From contig JAIPGG010000002.1 in the NCBI GenBank assembly GCA_021736255.1, positions 8,154 to 72,153 on the forward strand: a stretch of DNA of 64,000 nucleotides. Direction: 5' to 3'. The stretch comes from Spirochaetales bacterium (GTDB lineage Bacteria; Spirochaetota; Spirochaetia; JAIPGG01). Positions within the stretch are counted from its first letter, which is position 1. The number at the start of each line of letters is the position of its first letter. The translations under genes were made by a program, and so were the position numbers. This document shows positions 18,635-27,691 of this stretch, one piece after another. A model generated the notes under the pieces. That model did not search any database. It saw only the letters and a program-made list of their open reading frames with translations, and had not been told where the DNA came from.

Positions 18635-19642
18635 ATGAATTATTATATTCGAAAGCGGTTTACCAAACCGTTTTTTATTCTTATTGCTGCAACGGCGATT
18701 TTGTTCGCATTCGTCTCGGTTGTCCCGGCCCAGGAGGATCACTCTTCCGGTTCTGTGGAGATACAGGTGGCCGGTCTCAAGGGACCGACTTCGGTAGGAA
18801 TGCTTCACCTTTTCGACAGCAAACCCGATTTCGGCCCTGGAGAAGAAGTGGAATATCAGATTGTGCCGACCCCCGAGCTTATGATTTCCCGGGTGCTCTC
18901 CGGAGAGGTTGATATGGCCGCCCTTCCGATGAATGCAGCCTCCATTCTCTACAATAAGGGTGTTCCCTACCGGCTCGGGGCGGTTACCGGGTACGGGCTT
19001 TTTTATCTCGTGACGACTCGGGATGATATCTCGGATTTCCGGGACCTGCGAAATAAGAAGGTGGCTTTTGTCGCACGAAACAGCACCCCCGACTATGTAA
19101 CGCAGTTTCTTATGGAGCATCATGGGGTTCTCGAAGATGTAGAACGGGATTACACCTTCAACCATGTAGAGCTCCCCCCGAACATGATTGCCGGAAGAGT
19201 GGATACGGCCGTTCTGCCGGAGCCCTTTGTTACTATTGTCACGATGAAGCAGCCTGAGGCCCGTATTGTCTTCGACCTGCAAAAGGAGTGGAAGAAAATC
19301 CACGAAACCGAAACCTCTTACCCGGTGTCCGCCTTTTTTATCAGCAACAAACTGATTGAGAACAGGCCCCGGCTTGTCGAACGGTTTCTTTCGGAGTATG
19401 AAAAATCGATTCAGTGGGCCATTAATAATCCCGAAAGGGCTGGAGCCCTGGCACAGGAATATATGGACCTGCCGGCGCCGGTTATTGCACAGGCAATGCC
19501 CCGACTGAATTTACGCTTTGTTCCTGCTCTCGAAGCCCGGACTGATATTGAGCGCTTTTTCAAGGTGCTCTATGATTTCCAGCCGAAATCGATCGGCGGA
19601 AGTATACCGGATGACCGGTTTTACTACCGGGCTCAAAAGTAG
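18635..19642 (+). CDS. ABC transporter substrate-binding protein, NMT1/THI5-SsuA/TauA-like
   Basis: Signal/TM N-terminus. Periplasmic-binding-protein-like sequence with the general look of the nitrate/sulfonate/HMP family. Followed by a cognate permease and ATPase. Confidence 0.8.
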   Translation: MNYYIRKRFTKPFFILIAATAILFAFVSVVPAQEDHSSGSVEIQVAGLKGPTSVGMLHLFDSKPDFGPGEEVEYQIVPTPELMISRVLSGEVDMAALPMNAASILYNKGVPYRLGAVTGYGLFYLVTTRDDISDFRDLRNKKVAFVARNSTPDYVTQFLMEHHGVLEDVERDYTFNHVELPPNMIAGRVDTAVLPEPFVTIVTMKQPEARIVFDLQKEWKKIHETETSYPVSAFFISNKLIENRPRLVERFLSEYEKSIQWAINNPERAGALAQEYMDLPAPVIAQAMPRLNLRFVPALEARTDIERFFKVLYDFQPKSIGGSIPDDRFYYRAQK

Positions 19643-20408
19643 TCTCTACACGCTGATCGGGGCGGCTGTTCTCTTTGCCGTCTGGAAGTTTGCCGCCTTC
19701 CTTATCGGTGCGGAAATTCTCCTGCCGGCTCCCGAACGGGTTGCTGCTGCTCTGTTTGATCTTGTTACTGCTTCGGATTTCCGCAGGGCCGTCGGGGCTA
19801 CCGTGATTCGTGGTATCTCCGGTTTTAGTTTGTCTGCTGTTCTCGGGTTGTTTGTCGGGGTCGTCTGCGGGCTGAGCCCGGTTGTCCTCCGGATTTTTCG
19901 CCCTCTGCTCGCTGTAATTCGTTCAACTCCGGTTATGTCGGTAATAATTCTTGCACTTATCTGGTTTTCTACCGACTCGGTCCCGGTTTTCGTCAGTTTT
20001 CTTACCGCCTTTCCCATCATTACCGGGAATGTAATCGAGGGAGTCGGCAGAACAGACAGCCGTTTGCTGGAAATGGCCCGGGTTTTTCAGGTTTCTCCCC
20101 GAGACATACTCATCCGGATTCATCTTCCCTCGCTTTTCCCTTATTTTCTTGCCGGAATGCGTACGGCACTCGGTATTACCTGGAAGGTCGTAGTAGCCGC
20201 TGAAGTGCTCAGTCAACCCGATCAGGCGGTTGGAACAGGACTGCAGATCGCCAGGATGCAGTTGGAGACGGCGGATGTCTTTGCCTGGACAGCGGTAGCG
20301 GTGCTGCTTAGCTTTGTTACGGAGTTCCTTTTCGAGCATCTGACAAGCCGGGCATCCTGGTTGAACCCCGACAAGCAGTCCATGCGGCAGGTGAGAAGAG
20401 ATGCGTGA
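19611..20408 (+). CDS. ABC transporter permease (SsuC/TauC/ThiX-like)
   Basis: Start taken at MTGFTTGLK (19611). Multiple TM helices and the EAA-loop-like segment LEMARVFQVSPRDILIRIHLPSLFPY. Confidence 0.82.
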   Translation: MTGFTTGLKSSLYTLIGAAVLFAVWKFAAFLIGAEILLPAPERVAAALFDLVTASDFRRAVGATVIRGISGFSLSAVLGLFVGVVCGLSPVVLRIFRPLLAVIRSTPVMSVIILALIWFSTDSVPVFVSFLTAFPIITGNVIEGVGRTDSRLLEMARVFQVSPRDILIRIHLPSLFPYFLAGMRTALGITWKVVVAAEVLSQPDQAVGTGLQIARMQLETADVFAWTAVAVLLSFVTEFLFEHLTSRASWLNPDKQSMRQVRRDA

Positions 20409-21207
20409 GAGAAAAGAAGATCAACGAGCAACCGACCTCCGGCAGGACCTTCGGCTTCGGTCGGTAGATCTCTCCTACGGAGAGCTCCGGGTATTCGAAG
20501 GGCTCGATATGAATTTTTCCCCCGGGAGTGTTCACGTTATAATGGGGCCTTCCGGCTGTGGAAAGACCAGTCTTTTACAACTGATCGCAGGACTTCTGCC
20601 TCCTGATACCGGCAGTATCGAGGGAACGGCAGGGTGTCGAGTCTCATATCTTTTCCAAGAGCCGCGGCTTCTCCCCTGGATGAGTGTGGAGGGGAACCTC
20701 GATCTGGTAATACGGAAGGTTTATCCCCACGAGGTCCGCCGAGAGAAGATAGATTCGATCCTTGAACTGGTGGGACTCAGTGAATTCCGCCGTTACTATC
20801 CCCATGCCTTGAGCGGGGGGATGAAACAACGGGTATCCCTGGCCCGGGCATTTATCTATCCGGGTTCCATCCTTCTCATGGATGAGCCGCTGAAAGCACT
20901 GGATTTGGATCTGCGGCTTTCGTTGGTCGATGTCTTTCGCCGCCTCTGGCTTTCGGCCCGCCAGCTTTGTGTTTTTGTAACCCATGATCTGCAAGAGGCG
21001 GTTCTTCTCGGTGATGTGATTACGATCTTTTCTCGAGCGCCGGCGCGGGTTACCGGCCGGCTGGAAAACCCTGTTAAAATGCAGGAGCGGTATCTCGGCC
21101 GATCGGAGCTTTTGGAGCTAGAAAAGAAGGTATACGAATATTTGGTACCGGCAAACCGGCCTCCGGGAGGCGGGGCGGCGGATAATAGATTTCCTGGTGA
21201 CCGGTGA
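20401..21207 (+). CDS. ABC transporter ATP-binding protein
   Basis: Walker A GPSGCGKTS, signature LSGGMKQRVSLARA, Walker B ILLMDEP. Overlaps the permease stop. Confidence 0.88.
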   Translation: MRERKEDQRATDLRQDLRLRSVDLSYGELRVFEGLDMNFSPGSVHVIMGPSGCGKTSLLQLIAGLLPPDTGSIEGTAGCRVSYLFQEPRLLPWMSVEGNLDLVIRKVYPHEVRREKIDSILELVGLSEFRRYYPHALSGGMKQRVSLARAFIYPGSILLMDEPLKALDLDLRLSLVDVFRRLWLSARQLCVFVTHDLQEAVLLGDVITIFSRAPARVTGRLENPVKMQERYLGRSELLELEKKVYEYLVPANRPPGGGAADNRFPGDR

Positions 21208-21342
21208 TCCTCCTCGCGTTGAATACACGTTGAAACGCTGAACATGAATAGTGAGCCCAAGTCTTTGATTTCCTCATTCCTTATTCGGGACTTTACCGCT
21301 GTTCTTTCGCGGTAGTATCTTAAGCGCAGGAAGGTGATATAT

Positions 21343-21864
21343 ATGGAACTTGAAGGGAAAAAGATTGCGGTCCTTCTCGGACCAGGATATGAAGAATTGG
21401 AATTTTGGTCGGTTGTTATTCGTTTAAGAGAGGCAGGAGCGGAGGTTATGGTGGTCGGGGACTCCGGAGGTACGGTTTTTGCGGGTAAGCACGGTTGTTT
21501 TCAGGAAAAAACTGAGTATCCTGCAGACGAAGTCGATCCCTCCGAGCTGGCGGGGATTCATATTCCCGGCGGATGGGCACCGGACAAGCTGCGGCGAAGT
21601 GAAGCTATTCTCGGATTAGTCCGGAGTCTCAACGATGCCGGAAAGCCGATCGGAATGATCTGCCATGCAGGACTGGTAGGGATCTCCGCCGGTATTGTGA
21701 GCGGCCGAAAGGCTACCGGATCGGAAGGTATAAAAGACGATTTGATCAATGCTGGAGCAGAATGGGTGAATGAACCTGCCTTAAGAGATGGAAATCTTGT
21801 CTGGGGCCGCGTTGTAGCAGATATTCCTGCATACCAGCGTGAACTTATTGCCGCTCTCAGGTGA
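21343..21864 (+). CDS. DJ-1/PfpI family protein (type-1 glutamine amidotransferase-like)
   Basis: Nucleophile elbow IGMICHAGLV and PGGWAPDKLR. ATG 21343 is preferred over GTG 21334 because of the AGGAAGG Shine-Dalgarno spacing. Confidence 0.85.
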   Translation: MELEGKKIAVLLGPGYEELEFWSVVIRLREAGAEVMVVGDSGGTVFAGKHGCFQEKTEYPADEVDPSELAGIHIPGGWAPDKLRRSEAILGLVRSLNDAGKPIGMICHAGLVGISAGIVSGRKATGSEGIKDDLINAGAEWVNEPALRDGNLVWGRVVADIPAYQRELIAALR

Positions 21865-21897
21865 CCATCTTTTCATAACCAACTGTTCAAAATAAAA

Positions 21898-21931
21898 GAA
21901 AGCCTTCAGGAGCAAAGTCCTGAAGGCTTTT
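21898..21931. terminator. bidirectional rho-independent terminator
   Basis: Perfect 11-bp stem AGCCTTCAGGA/TCCTGAAGGCT (21901-21911 / 21918-21928) with a 6-nt loop. An A-run lies upstream and TTT downstream. It sits between convergent pfpI and tRNA-Phe. Confidence 0.75.
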
Positions 21932-21934
21932 GAC

Positions 21935-22007
21935 TGCCGCCGATCAGAATCGAACTGATGACACGGGGATTTTCAGTCCCCTGCTCTACCGACTGAGCTA
22001 CAGCGGC
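21935..22007 (-). tRNA. tRNA-Phe (anticodon GAA), CCA not encoded
   Basis: Reverse complement GCCGCTGTAGCTCAGTCGGTAGAGCAGGGGACTGAAAATCCCCGTGTCATCAGTTCGATTCTGATCGGCGGCA. Cloverleaf with a 7-bp acceptor stem, GTTCGATTC T-loop and anticodon loop CTGAAAA. Confidence 0.92.
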
Positions 22008-22064
22008 ATCGAGACTATTTTTAGGAAATACTGAAAGAAATGTCAACACCCTCCGGTGAAGTTC

Positions 22065-22094
22065 TTGACCGGAGCGAATAGAGGGGAGTATCAT
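22065..22094 (+). promoter_or_regulatory. sigma70-like promoter candidate TTGACC-18-TATCAT in front of fliG
   Basis: -35 at 22065-22070 and -10 at 22089-22094. It lies inside the longest ORF (22056 start), which argues for a downstream start codon. Confidence 0.4.
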
Positions 22095-22100
22095 TCCCCC

Positions 22101-23351
22101 GTGAATAATAACAAACGCGCTTTCGACGCATATAAAAAGATGACTCGGCCATCGAAAGAGACCGGCGGATCGGATGATCCTGCCGAGCCCGCTGATCCCG
22201 GGAAAACCGCCAAATCCAGCGGGGAAAACAAAGCTGCCGGTTCCAAGAAGCCGGAGATGAATAAGCAGCCGGCTGCACCTCCTGCAGGCACCCAATCCGG
22301 GGACTCCGGGCTTTCAGGCAGCTCTGCGTTTTCGAAAGCAGTCGGGGGTTCCTCCGGCGCAGGTGCCTATGAGCGGGTGGCCAGATTTCTTCTGCTTCTT
22401 GGAAAAGAAGAGGCCTCCCAGGTTCTCAGTCAGCTGGATGAAGGAGATGTTCTCCGCATAGCGGAAGAAATTTCCAAAATCAAGAAGATTTCGCACGATG
22501 AAGCTCAACAGATACTGAACGATTTCGGACGCCGGATCGATGAGGAGTCAACCCGTGTGCGAGGAGGGGTGGATACCGCTAGATCGATGCTCCAGGCGGC
22601 AATGGGAGAGGAAAAAGCTCAGGAGATTCTAAAGCGTGCGGTTCCTGAATCGAGTAAGCGTCCTCCCTTCGAATTTCTCAACGATCTGAGTAAGTACCAG
22701 CTGCAGTTTCTGCTTCGAAACGAATCACCCTCGGCCCTTTCGGTTATTCTGTCATACATAAAAGCGGAGCAGGCCTCGAAGGTCATAGAAGGTCTCGAAG
22801 CAGGCGAACAGTTGGTCTTAGTCAAGAATATCGCCAGGAAGAGACAGATACAGCCCGAGATACTCGAAAAGATGGAGGTTGTTCTGAAAGAGAAGCTCCG
22901 GCGGTTAGGGAAGGACGATACGGAACAGGTCGACGGGACCGGACGGCTGGCTCAGATCTTGCGCCACATGAATTATTCGGTTGAACAGAAAATTCTCGAT
23001 GAACTCCAAACCGACAGCCCCGATCTATCCGACCAGGTCCGTGAGAAACTCTTTACCGTAGACAGGATTCTGCGGATATACGACAAGCATCTCCAGCAGA
23101 TTCTGCGCGACTTCGAAAATCGGGAGCTCGCTCTCTTTCTGAAGGACAAAAAAGAGACCCTCCGTGCGAAGATATTCGGAAATGTTTCTTCCCGGCGCCG
23201 GATGCTCATCAAAGAGGACATGGAGGACCTGGGAGAGGTCCGAAAGTCGGATGTTGATGCTGCCACGAATGACTTCCTTTCGTATCTGCGGGAACAGGAA
23301 GAGGACGGAGAGCTTATTATCGAAGGCGAAGAGGATACCTACGTAGAATAA
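22101..23351 (+). CDS. fliG: flagellar motor switch protein FliG homologue with ~110-aa low-complexity N-terminal extension
   Basis: FliG N/M/C pattern: LLLLGKEEASQVLSQLDEGDV, SALSVILSYIKAEQASKV, and C-terminal torque-helix region NRELALFLKDKKETLRAKIFGNVSSRRRMLIKEDMEDLGEVRKSDV. The start is ambiguous (GTG 22056, GTG 22101 or ATG 22140). Confidence 0.85.
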   Translation: MNNNKRAFDAYKKMTRPSKETGGSDDPAEPADPGKTAKSSGENKAAGSKKPEMNKQPAAPPAGTQSGDSGLSGSSAFSKAVGGSSGAGAYERVARFLLLLGKEEASQVLSQLDEGDVLRIAEEISKIKKISHDEAQQILNDFGRRIDEESTRVRGGVDTARSMLQAAMGEEKAQEILKRAVPESSKRPPFEFLNDLSKYQLQFLLRNESPSALSVILSYIKAEQASKVIEGLEAGEQLVLVKNIARKRQIQPEILEKMEVVLKEKLRRLGKDDTEQVDGTGRLAQILRHMNYSVEQKILDELQTDSPDLSDQVREKLFTVDRILRIYDKHLQQILRDFENRELALFLKDKKETLRAKIFGNVSSRRRMLIKEDMEDLGEVRKSDVDAATNDFLSYLREQEEDGELIIEGEEDTYVE

Positions 23352-23369
23352 CGGTTTCAATGCGCCCGG

Positions 23370-23398
23370 TTGACAGGTTCACCCTCGGCCCATACTAT
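23370..23398 (+). promoter_or_regulatory. sigma70-type promoter TTGACA-17-TACTAT immediately upstream of alaS
   Basis: -35 at 23370-23375 and -10 at 23393-23398. Only 8 nt separate the -10 from ATG 23407, and no Shine-Dalgarno sequence is present. Confidence 0.5.
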
Positions 23399-23406
23399 CC
23401 AATGCT

Positions 23407-25221
23407 ATGAAATCAACGAACGCGCCAAAGACAGGAAAAGAGCTGAGGAAGCTCTATCTCCGTTTTTTCTCCGAACGGAATCATCGGGTCATTCCCGGAA
23501 AATCCCTCATACCTGAAAATGATCCGACTGTGTTGTTTACTACAGCCGGAATGCATCCGCTGGTTCCTTTTCTCTTAGGTGAGCCGCATCCTGAAGGAAA
23601 GCGGCTTGTAAATGTACAAAAGTGTATTCGTACCGGCGATATCGATGAAGTCGGCGATCCGAGCCATCTGACCTTTTTCGAGATGCTGGGGAATTGGTCT
23701 CTTGGAGACTACTTCAAAGAAGAAGCAATTCGGATGAGCTATGATTTCCTTACTTCTCCGGACTGGCTCGGGCTGGACCCGGATACCCTCTCGGTCACTG
23801 TTTTTGCAGGTGATGAGGAGGTCCCGGCGGACAATGAGTCTGCTGCGATCTGGAACTCAGTGGGTATCCCCAAAGAGCGCATCTATTTTCTCGACCGGTC
23901 GGAGAACTGGTGGGGCCCGGCCGGAGCTACCGGTCCCTGCGGTCCGGATACCGAGATGTTTGTCGATACCGGTAAAGAGACCTGCGGTCCCGAATGCAAG
24001 CCCGGTTGCTCCTGTGGAAAGTATTTCGAGGTCTGGAATGATGTTTTTATGGAATACAACAAGCAGGCCGACGGGACCTATGTTCCCCTCAGTCAGAAAA
24101 ATGTAGATACGGGGATGGGCGTTGAACGGACCATCGCTATGCTCCTGGGAAAAAAGACCGTCTATGAGACGGAGTTTTTTCAGCCGATTCTCCGTTCTCT
24201 CGAAGAACACACCGGGAAACCATACGGTGAATCCGAGGAGACCACCAATTCTCTCCGGATCATTTCCGATCATATCAAGGCCTCGGTTTTTATTCTTGGC
24301 GACCCGCGCGGGGTCAGCCCCTCAAACCTCGGTCAGGGGTATATTCTCCGCAGGCTTCTGCGCCGGGCGATACGTCACGGCCGCAAGCTGGGTGTTGAGG
24401 GAGGTCTGCTCACCAAACCGGCCGGAATCGTCATTGAGATGTACCGGGATGTGTACCCCGAGCTTGCCGAGCGGGAGGCATTCATTCTCGAGGAGCTCCA
24501 AAGCGAGGAGGTCCGCTTTCTCGAAACCCTGAAGAAGGGGGAACACGAGTTCGAAAAACTTCTGCCGAATCTCTTGAAAAACAAGACTGCCGTTATACCC
24601 GGGCGCCTTGCGTTCAAGCTCTACGATACCTACGGTTTTCCTGTAGAGATCACCGAGGAACTGGCCTCCGAGCATGGCCTGAGTGTGGACCGGGAGGGAT
24701 TTCAGAAGGCTTTCGAGAAACATCAACAGATGTCGAAGAAGGGCGCTGAAAAGTCATTCAAGGGGGGGCTGGCCGACAATACTACACAAACGACTCGGCT
24801 TCATACGGCGACCCATCTGCTCCATAAGGCTCTTCGTATGGTGCTCGGTGACCACGTCGAACAGAAAGGGAGCAACATAACACCCGAGCGCCTCCGTTTT
24901 GATTTTTCCCATCCGGAAAAGATGTCTCCCGAACAAATCGAAGAAGTGGAACGGATTGTCAATGAACAGATCGAACGGGATCTCCCGGTCTCTGTGGAGG
25001 TTATGTCCCAGGATGAAGCGAAGGAATCCGGAGCCATTGCCCTGTTCGGGGAAAAATACGAAGAACAGGTAAAGGTTTATACCATCGGCGATTTCTCAAA
25101 AGAGGTCTGCGGCGGACCGCATGTAGAGCGCACCGGTGAGTTGGGGAGATTTAGAATCAAAAAGGAACAGTCTTCATCTTCCGGGATTCGGCGGATACGT
25201 GCTGTTCTGGAAGAACGGTAG
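23407..25221 (+). CDS. alaS: alanine--tRNA ligase, short form (catalytic + tRNA-recognition + editing domains, no C-Ala domain)
   Basis: FTTAGMHPLVPF, CIRTGDIDEVG..HLTFFEMLGNWS, editing HTATHLLHKAL and CGGPHVERTGELG. The ORF ends about 270 aa earlier than canonical bacterial AlaRS. Confidence 0.92.
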   Translation: MKSTNAPKTGKELRKLYLRFFSERNHRVIPGKSLIPENDPTVLFTTAGMHPLVPFLLGEPHPEGKRLVNVQKCIRTGDIDEVGDPSHLTFFEMLGNWSLGDYFKEEAIRMSYDFLTSPDWLGLDPDTLSVTVFAGDEEVPADNESAAIWNSVGIPKERIYFLDRSENWWGPAGATGPCGPDTEMFVDTGKETCGPECKPGCSCGKYFEVWNDVFMEYNKQADGTYVPLSQKNVDTGMGVERTIAMLLGKKTVYETEFFQPILRSLEEHTGKPYGESEETTNSLRIISDHIKASVFILGDPRGVSPSNLGQGYILRRLLRRAIRHGRKLGVEGGLLTKPAGIVIEMYRDVYPELAEREAFILEELQSEEVRFLETLKKGEHEFEKLLPNLLKNKTAVIPGRLAFKLYDTYGFPVEITEELASEHGLSVDREGFQKAFEKHQQMSKKGAEKSFKGGLADNTTQTTRLHTATHLLHKALRMVLGDHVEQKGSNITPERLRFDFSHPEKMSPEQIEEVERIVNEQIERDLPVSVEVMSQDEAKESGAIALFGEKYEEQVKVYTIGDFSKEVCGGPHVERTGELGRFRIKKEQSSSSGIRRIRAVLEER

Positions 25222-25241
25222 CAAAAAAGTGACAGGGAAAC

Positions 25242-26513
25242 TCAGAGCCTGATAGTCCAGCGGTAGCGTTTGCCGCTCTCGGCGGAGCCGGATTCCGCTG
25301 TTTCGTCCCGGCCCTCAGGCGGGGAAGCGGCGGTCTCTCCGGCACTCCCGCCAGCCCCTCCGGCTGTATCCGTTGGGCCTGCCCCGAGCTGGCCGCAAGC
25401 AGCATTGACCCCGCGCCCCCGGGATCTGCGGGTTGCGGTGGTGATGCCGGCCTGTTCGAGGTTCGATAGATAGCTCTGGAGTCTGTCCCGGGAAGGGCTG
25501 GTAAACGGAAGCCCCGAAACCGGATTCCAGGGTATGACATTCACAAAGGCGTTCAACGGCTCGAGAAACTCAACAAGCGCTTGTATTTCGTCTTTTCCAT
25601 CATTGATACCCTGTAAGAGAACGATTTCCAAGGTGATCCGTTTGTTGACCAGTTTTTGATACTCGATTAATACAGATTGGAGCTGCACAAGAGACTGGCC
25701 GGAGAGGGCAGGCATGAGCTCATCGCGGGTACTCTGGACCGCTGAAACCAGGGAAACAGCAAGTTTTATCCCCCGAACGGATTTCCGGCTTTCAGCAGGG
25801 TCTTCCTGCTGCAGGGCTATCAGCTTCTCGATTTCCTGAACCAGTCCGGAAGTGGATACGGTTATTCGTCTCGGGCTGAGTCCCGCTCCTTTCGGGTGAG
25901 TCAAGATCCTGATCGCCTTTATTACTTCCTCGGTATTTGCCAGAGGCTCTCCCATTCCCATGAACACAATGTTGTCAATAAGGTGTTCCCCTGTTTCCGG
26001 GGTTTGCCTGTCGCCGGATGCCTCAACCGATTTACCCGAAGCCCGGTCGGCCCCCTCTTCGAGCCAACGGCGGGTAATCATATACTGTTCAACGATTTCT
26101 CCGGCATCGAGGTTCCGTTTGAGACCGAGTGTGCCGGTTTTGCAGAAGGTGCAGCCCATCGAACAGCCGAGCTGGCTCGAAAGGCACAGGGTTTTTCTGT
26201 CCTGTTCATCGTGCATCAAAACAGACTCGATGTACCCCCCGTCGGCCAAGCCAATTCTGAATTTGACCGATCCATCGGGGTCTTCAGCGATAAGGTCGAG
26301 ATCGGAGCTCCTGAGTGCCGGGTCCCCCTCTTCGAGGCGTTGCCTGAGTGTTTTGGGAAGGGTAGTCATCTCTTCGAAGGATTCGGCCCCCTTTTGTACC
26401 CACTCGAATAACTGACGGGCGCGGAAAGGGGGTTCGCCTTCGAGTATTGCAGAGAGCTCCTCTTCGAGCATGCCGGAAAGAGCCTTCATCTCTCTTCTCT
26501 GATTATGATTCAA
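25242..26513 (-). CDS. rlmN: 23S rRNA/tRNA (adenine-C2)-methyltransferase RlmN (radical SAM)
   Basis: FRARQLFEWV, radical-SAM cluster SSQLGCSMGCTFCKTG, NIVFMGMGEPLAN and AACGQL. About 50-aa Gly/Ala/Glu-rich C-terminal tail. Confidence 0.9.
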   Translation of the reverse strand: MNHNQRREMKALSGMLEEELSAILEGEPPFRARQLFEWVQKGAESFEEMTTLPKTLRQRLEEGDPALRSSDLDLIAEDPDGSVKFRIGLADGGYIESVLMHDEQDRKTLCLSSQLGCSMGCTFCKTGTLGLKRNLDAGEIVEQYMITRRWLEEGADRASGKSVEASGDRQTPETGEHLIDNIVFMGMGEPLANTEEVIKAIRILTHPKGAGLSPRRITVSTSGLVQEIEKLIALQQEDPAESRKSVRGIKLAVSLVSAVQSTRDELMPALSGQSLVQLQSVLIEYQKLVNKRITLEIVLLQGINDGKDEIQALVEFLEPLNAFVNVIPWNPVSGLPFTSPSRDRLQSYLSNLEQAGITTATRRSRGRGVNAACGQLGAGPTDTAGGAGGSAGETAASPPEGRDETAESGSAESGKRYRWTIRL

Positions 26514-27690
26514 AATTTAGCAGTCGATCGAGCAAATTGCTCACCTGTGAGTTCCGGAGCCCTGTCCGCTGAAACTGGTTGAGTGTTTCGATTGCCTTGT
26601 CCTTGTGATTCATAAGCAGGAAGCATTCCGCCGCTTCGATGTACAGCCGGTGATTACGGGGGTCGTTTTTCATAAGAGCCTGGAGAGATTCAACAGCGTC
26701 TTCGAGATTTCCCTTTTCCTTGTTGATCATCGCTAATCCCAGGATCGCGTACGTGTCGAACTCGATATTCAAAGCCTTGTGGTAGTATTCCTCAGCTTTC
26801 TCGTATTGTCCCATGTTCCGATAGGCATCTCCGGCACGGGTAAGGATAACCTTGTTGAAGGGGTCGATGTCGAGAATGATATTCCAGTATTTCAGTGATT
26901 CTTCCTGCTGATTGAGTCCCCGATAGCAGTCCGCAAGTCCGAAAAGCGCATAAAAATTCCGCGGTTCCTTTTCCAGAGCGCGCTGGAAAAAGGGTACTCC
27001 CTGATCGTAGGTCTTCAGTTTGCGGTGACAATTTCCGATCGAGGTAAGAACCCGAATATCTGTGTGGTTCCCGTTGATGTTGTGCATACGTTCCCAGTAC
27101 TTGAGAGCGCTGTAGTAATCCTTGAAGTCGTAGTGAAGATGGCCCAAACCGATAAGTGCATAGGGATTGTCCGGTTCCATCTCGAGGACCTTGTCGTAGA
27201 TTTCCTTCGAGCGTTTGTAATTTCGAACCTTGCGATAGGCATCCGCCACTCTGGTAAGAACCGTCACGTTGCTGTCATCGTGTTGCAGGTAGCGTTCCCA
27301 TATTTCAATGGCCTTTGCGTATTGTTTGAGTGCCTTGTAACAGTCTGCCAGACCGAACAGGGCATAGTTGTTATCCGGAAAGACCTCGAGGCACTTCTGA
27401 TAGTATTCCACGGATTCCTGGTATCTTCCGATTTTCCGGGATGCATCGCCCATTCCGACAAGGGCATAGTTATTGTATTCCTCTTCTTCGAGGATTTCCT
27501 GGAAGCAGGCCTGGGCCTCCTGAATCATATTCTGTTTCAGCAGGTTGTAGCCTTTTTTCGAGAGTTCGGATATACGGCTTTGCTGTTCTCTGCGTTCAGC
27601 GAGAAGCTCTTCCTTTCGTTCTGCTTCAGCATCTTCCGTGCCGTCTTGATTTTCAAGCCATTCCTGCTCGTTTTTTTCTTCATTCTCCAT
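26503..27690 (-). CDS. TPR-repeat protein
   Basis: About 9 tandem TPR units (e.g. YALFGLADCYKALKQYAKAIEIWERYL, repeated with variations). Start taken at MENEEKNEQ (27690), 1 nt after the upstream stop. Confidence 0.8.
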   Translation of the reverse strand: MENEEKNEQEWLENQDGTEDAEAERKEELLAERREQQSRISELSKKGYNLLKQNMIQEAQACFQEILEEEEYNNYALVGMGDASRKIGRYQESVEYYQKCLEVFPDNNYALFGLADCYKALKQYAKAIEIWERYLQHDDSNVTVLTRVADAYRKVRNYKRSKEIYDKVLEMEPDNPYALIGLGHLHYDFKDYYSALKYWERMHNINGNHTDIRVLTSIGNCHRKLKTYDQGVPFFQRALEKEPRNFYALFGLADCYRGLNQQEESLKYWNIILDIDPFNKVILTRAGDAYRNMGQYEKAEEYYHKALNIEFDTYAILGLAMINKEKGNLEDAVESLQALMKNDPRNHRLYIEAAECFLLMNHKDKAIETLNQFQRTGLRNSQVSNLLDRLLNFES

Positions 27691-27691
27691 T

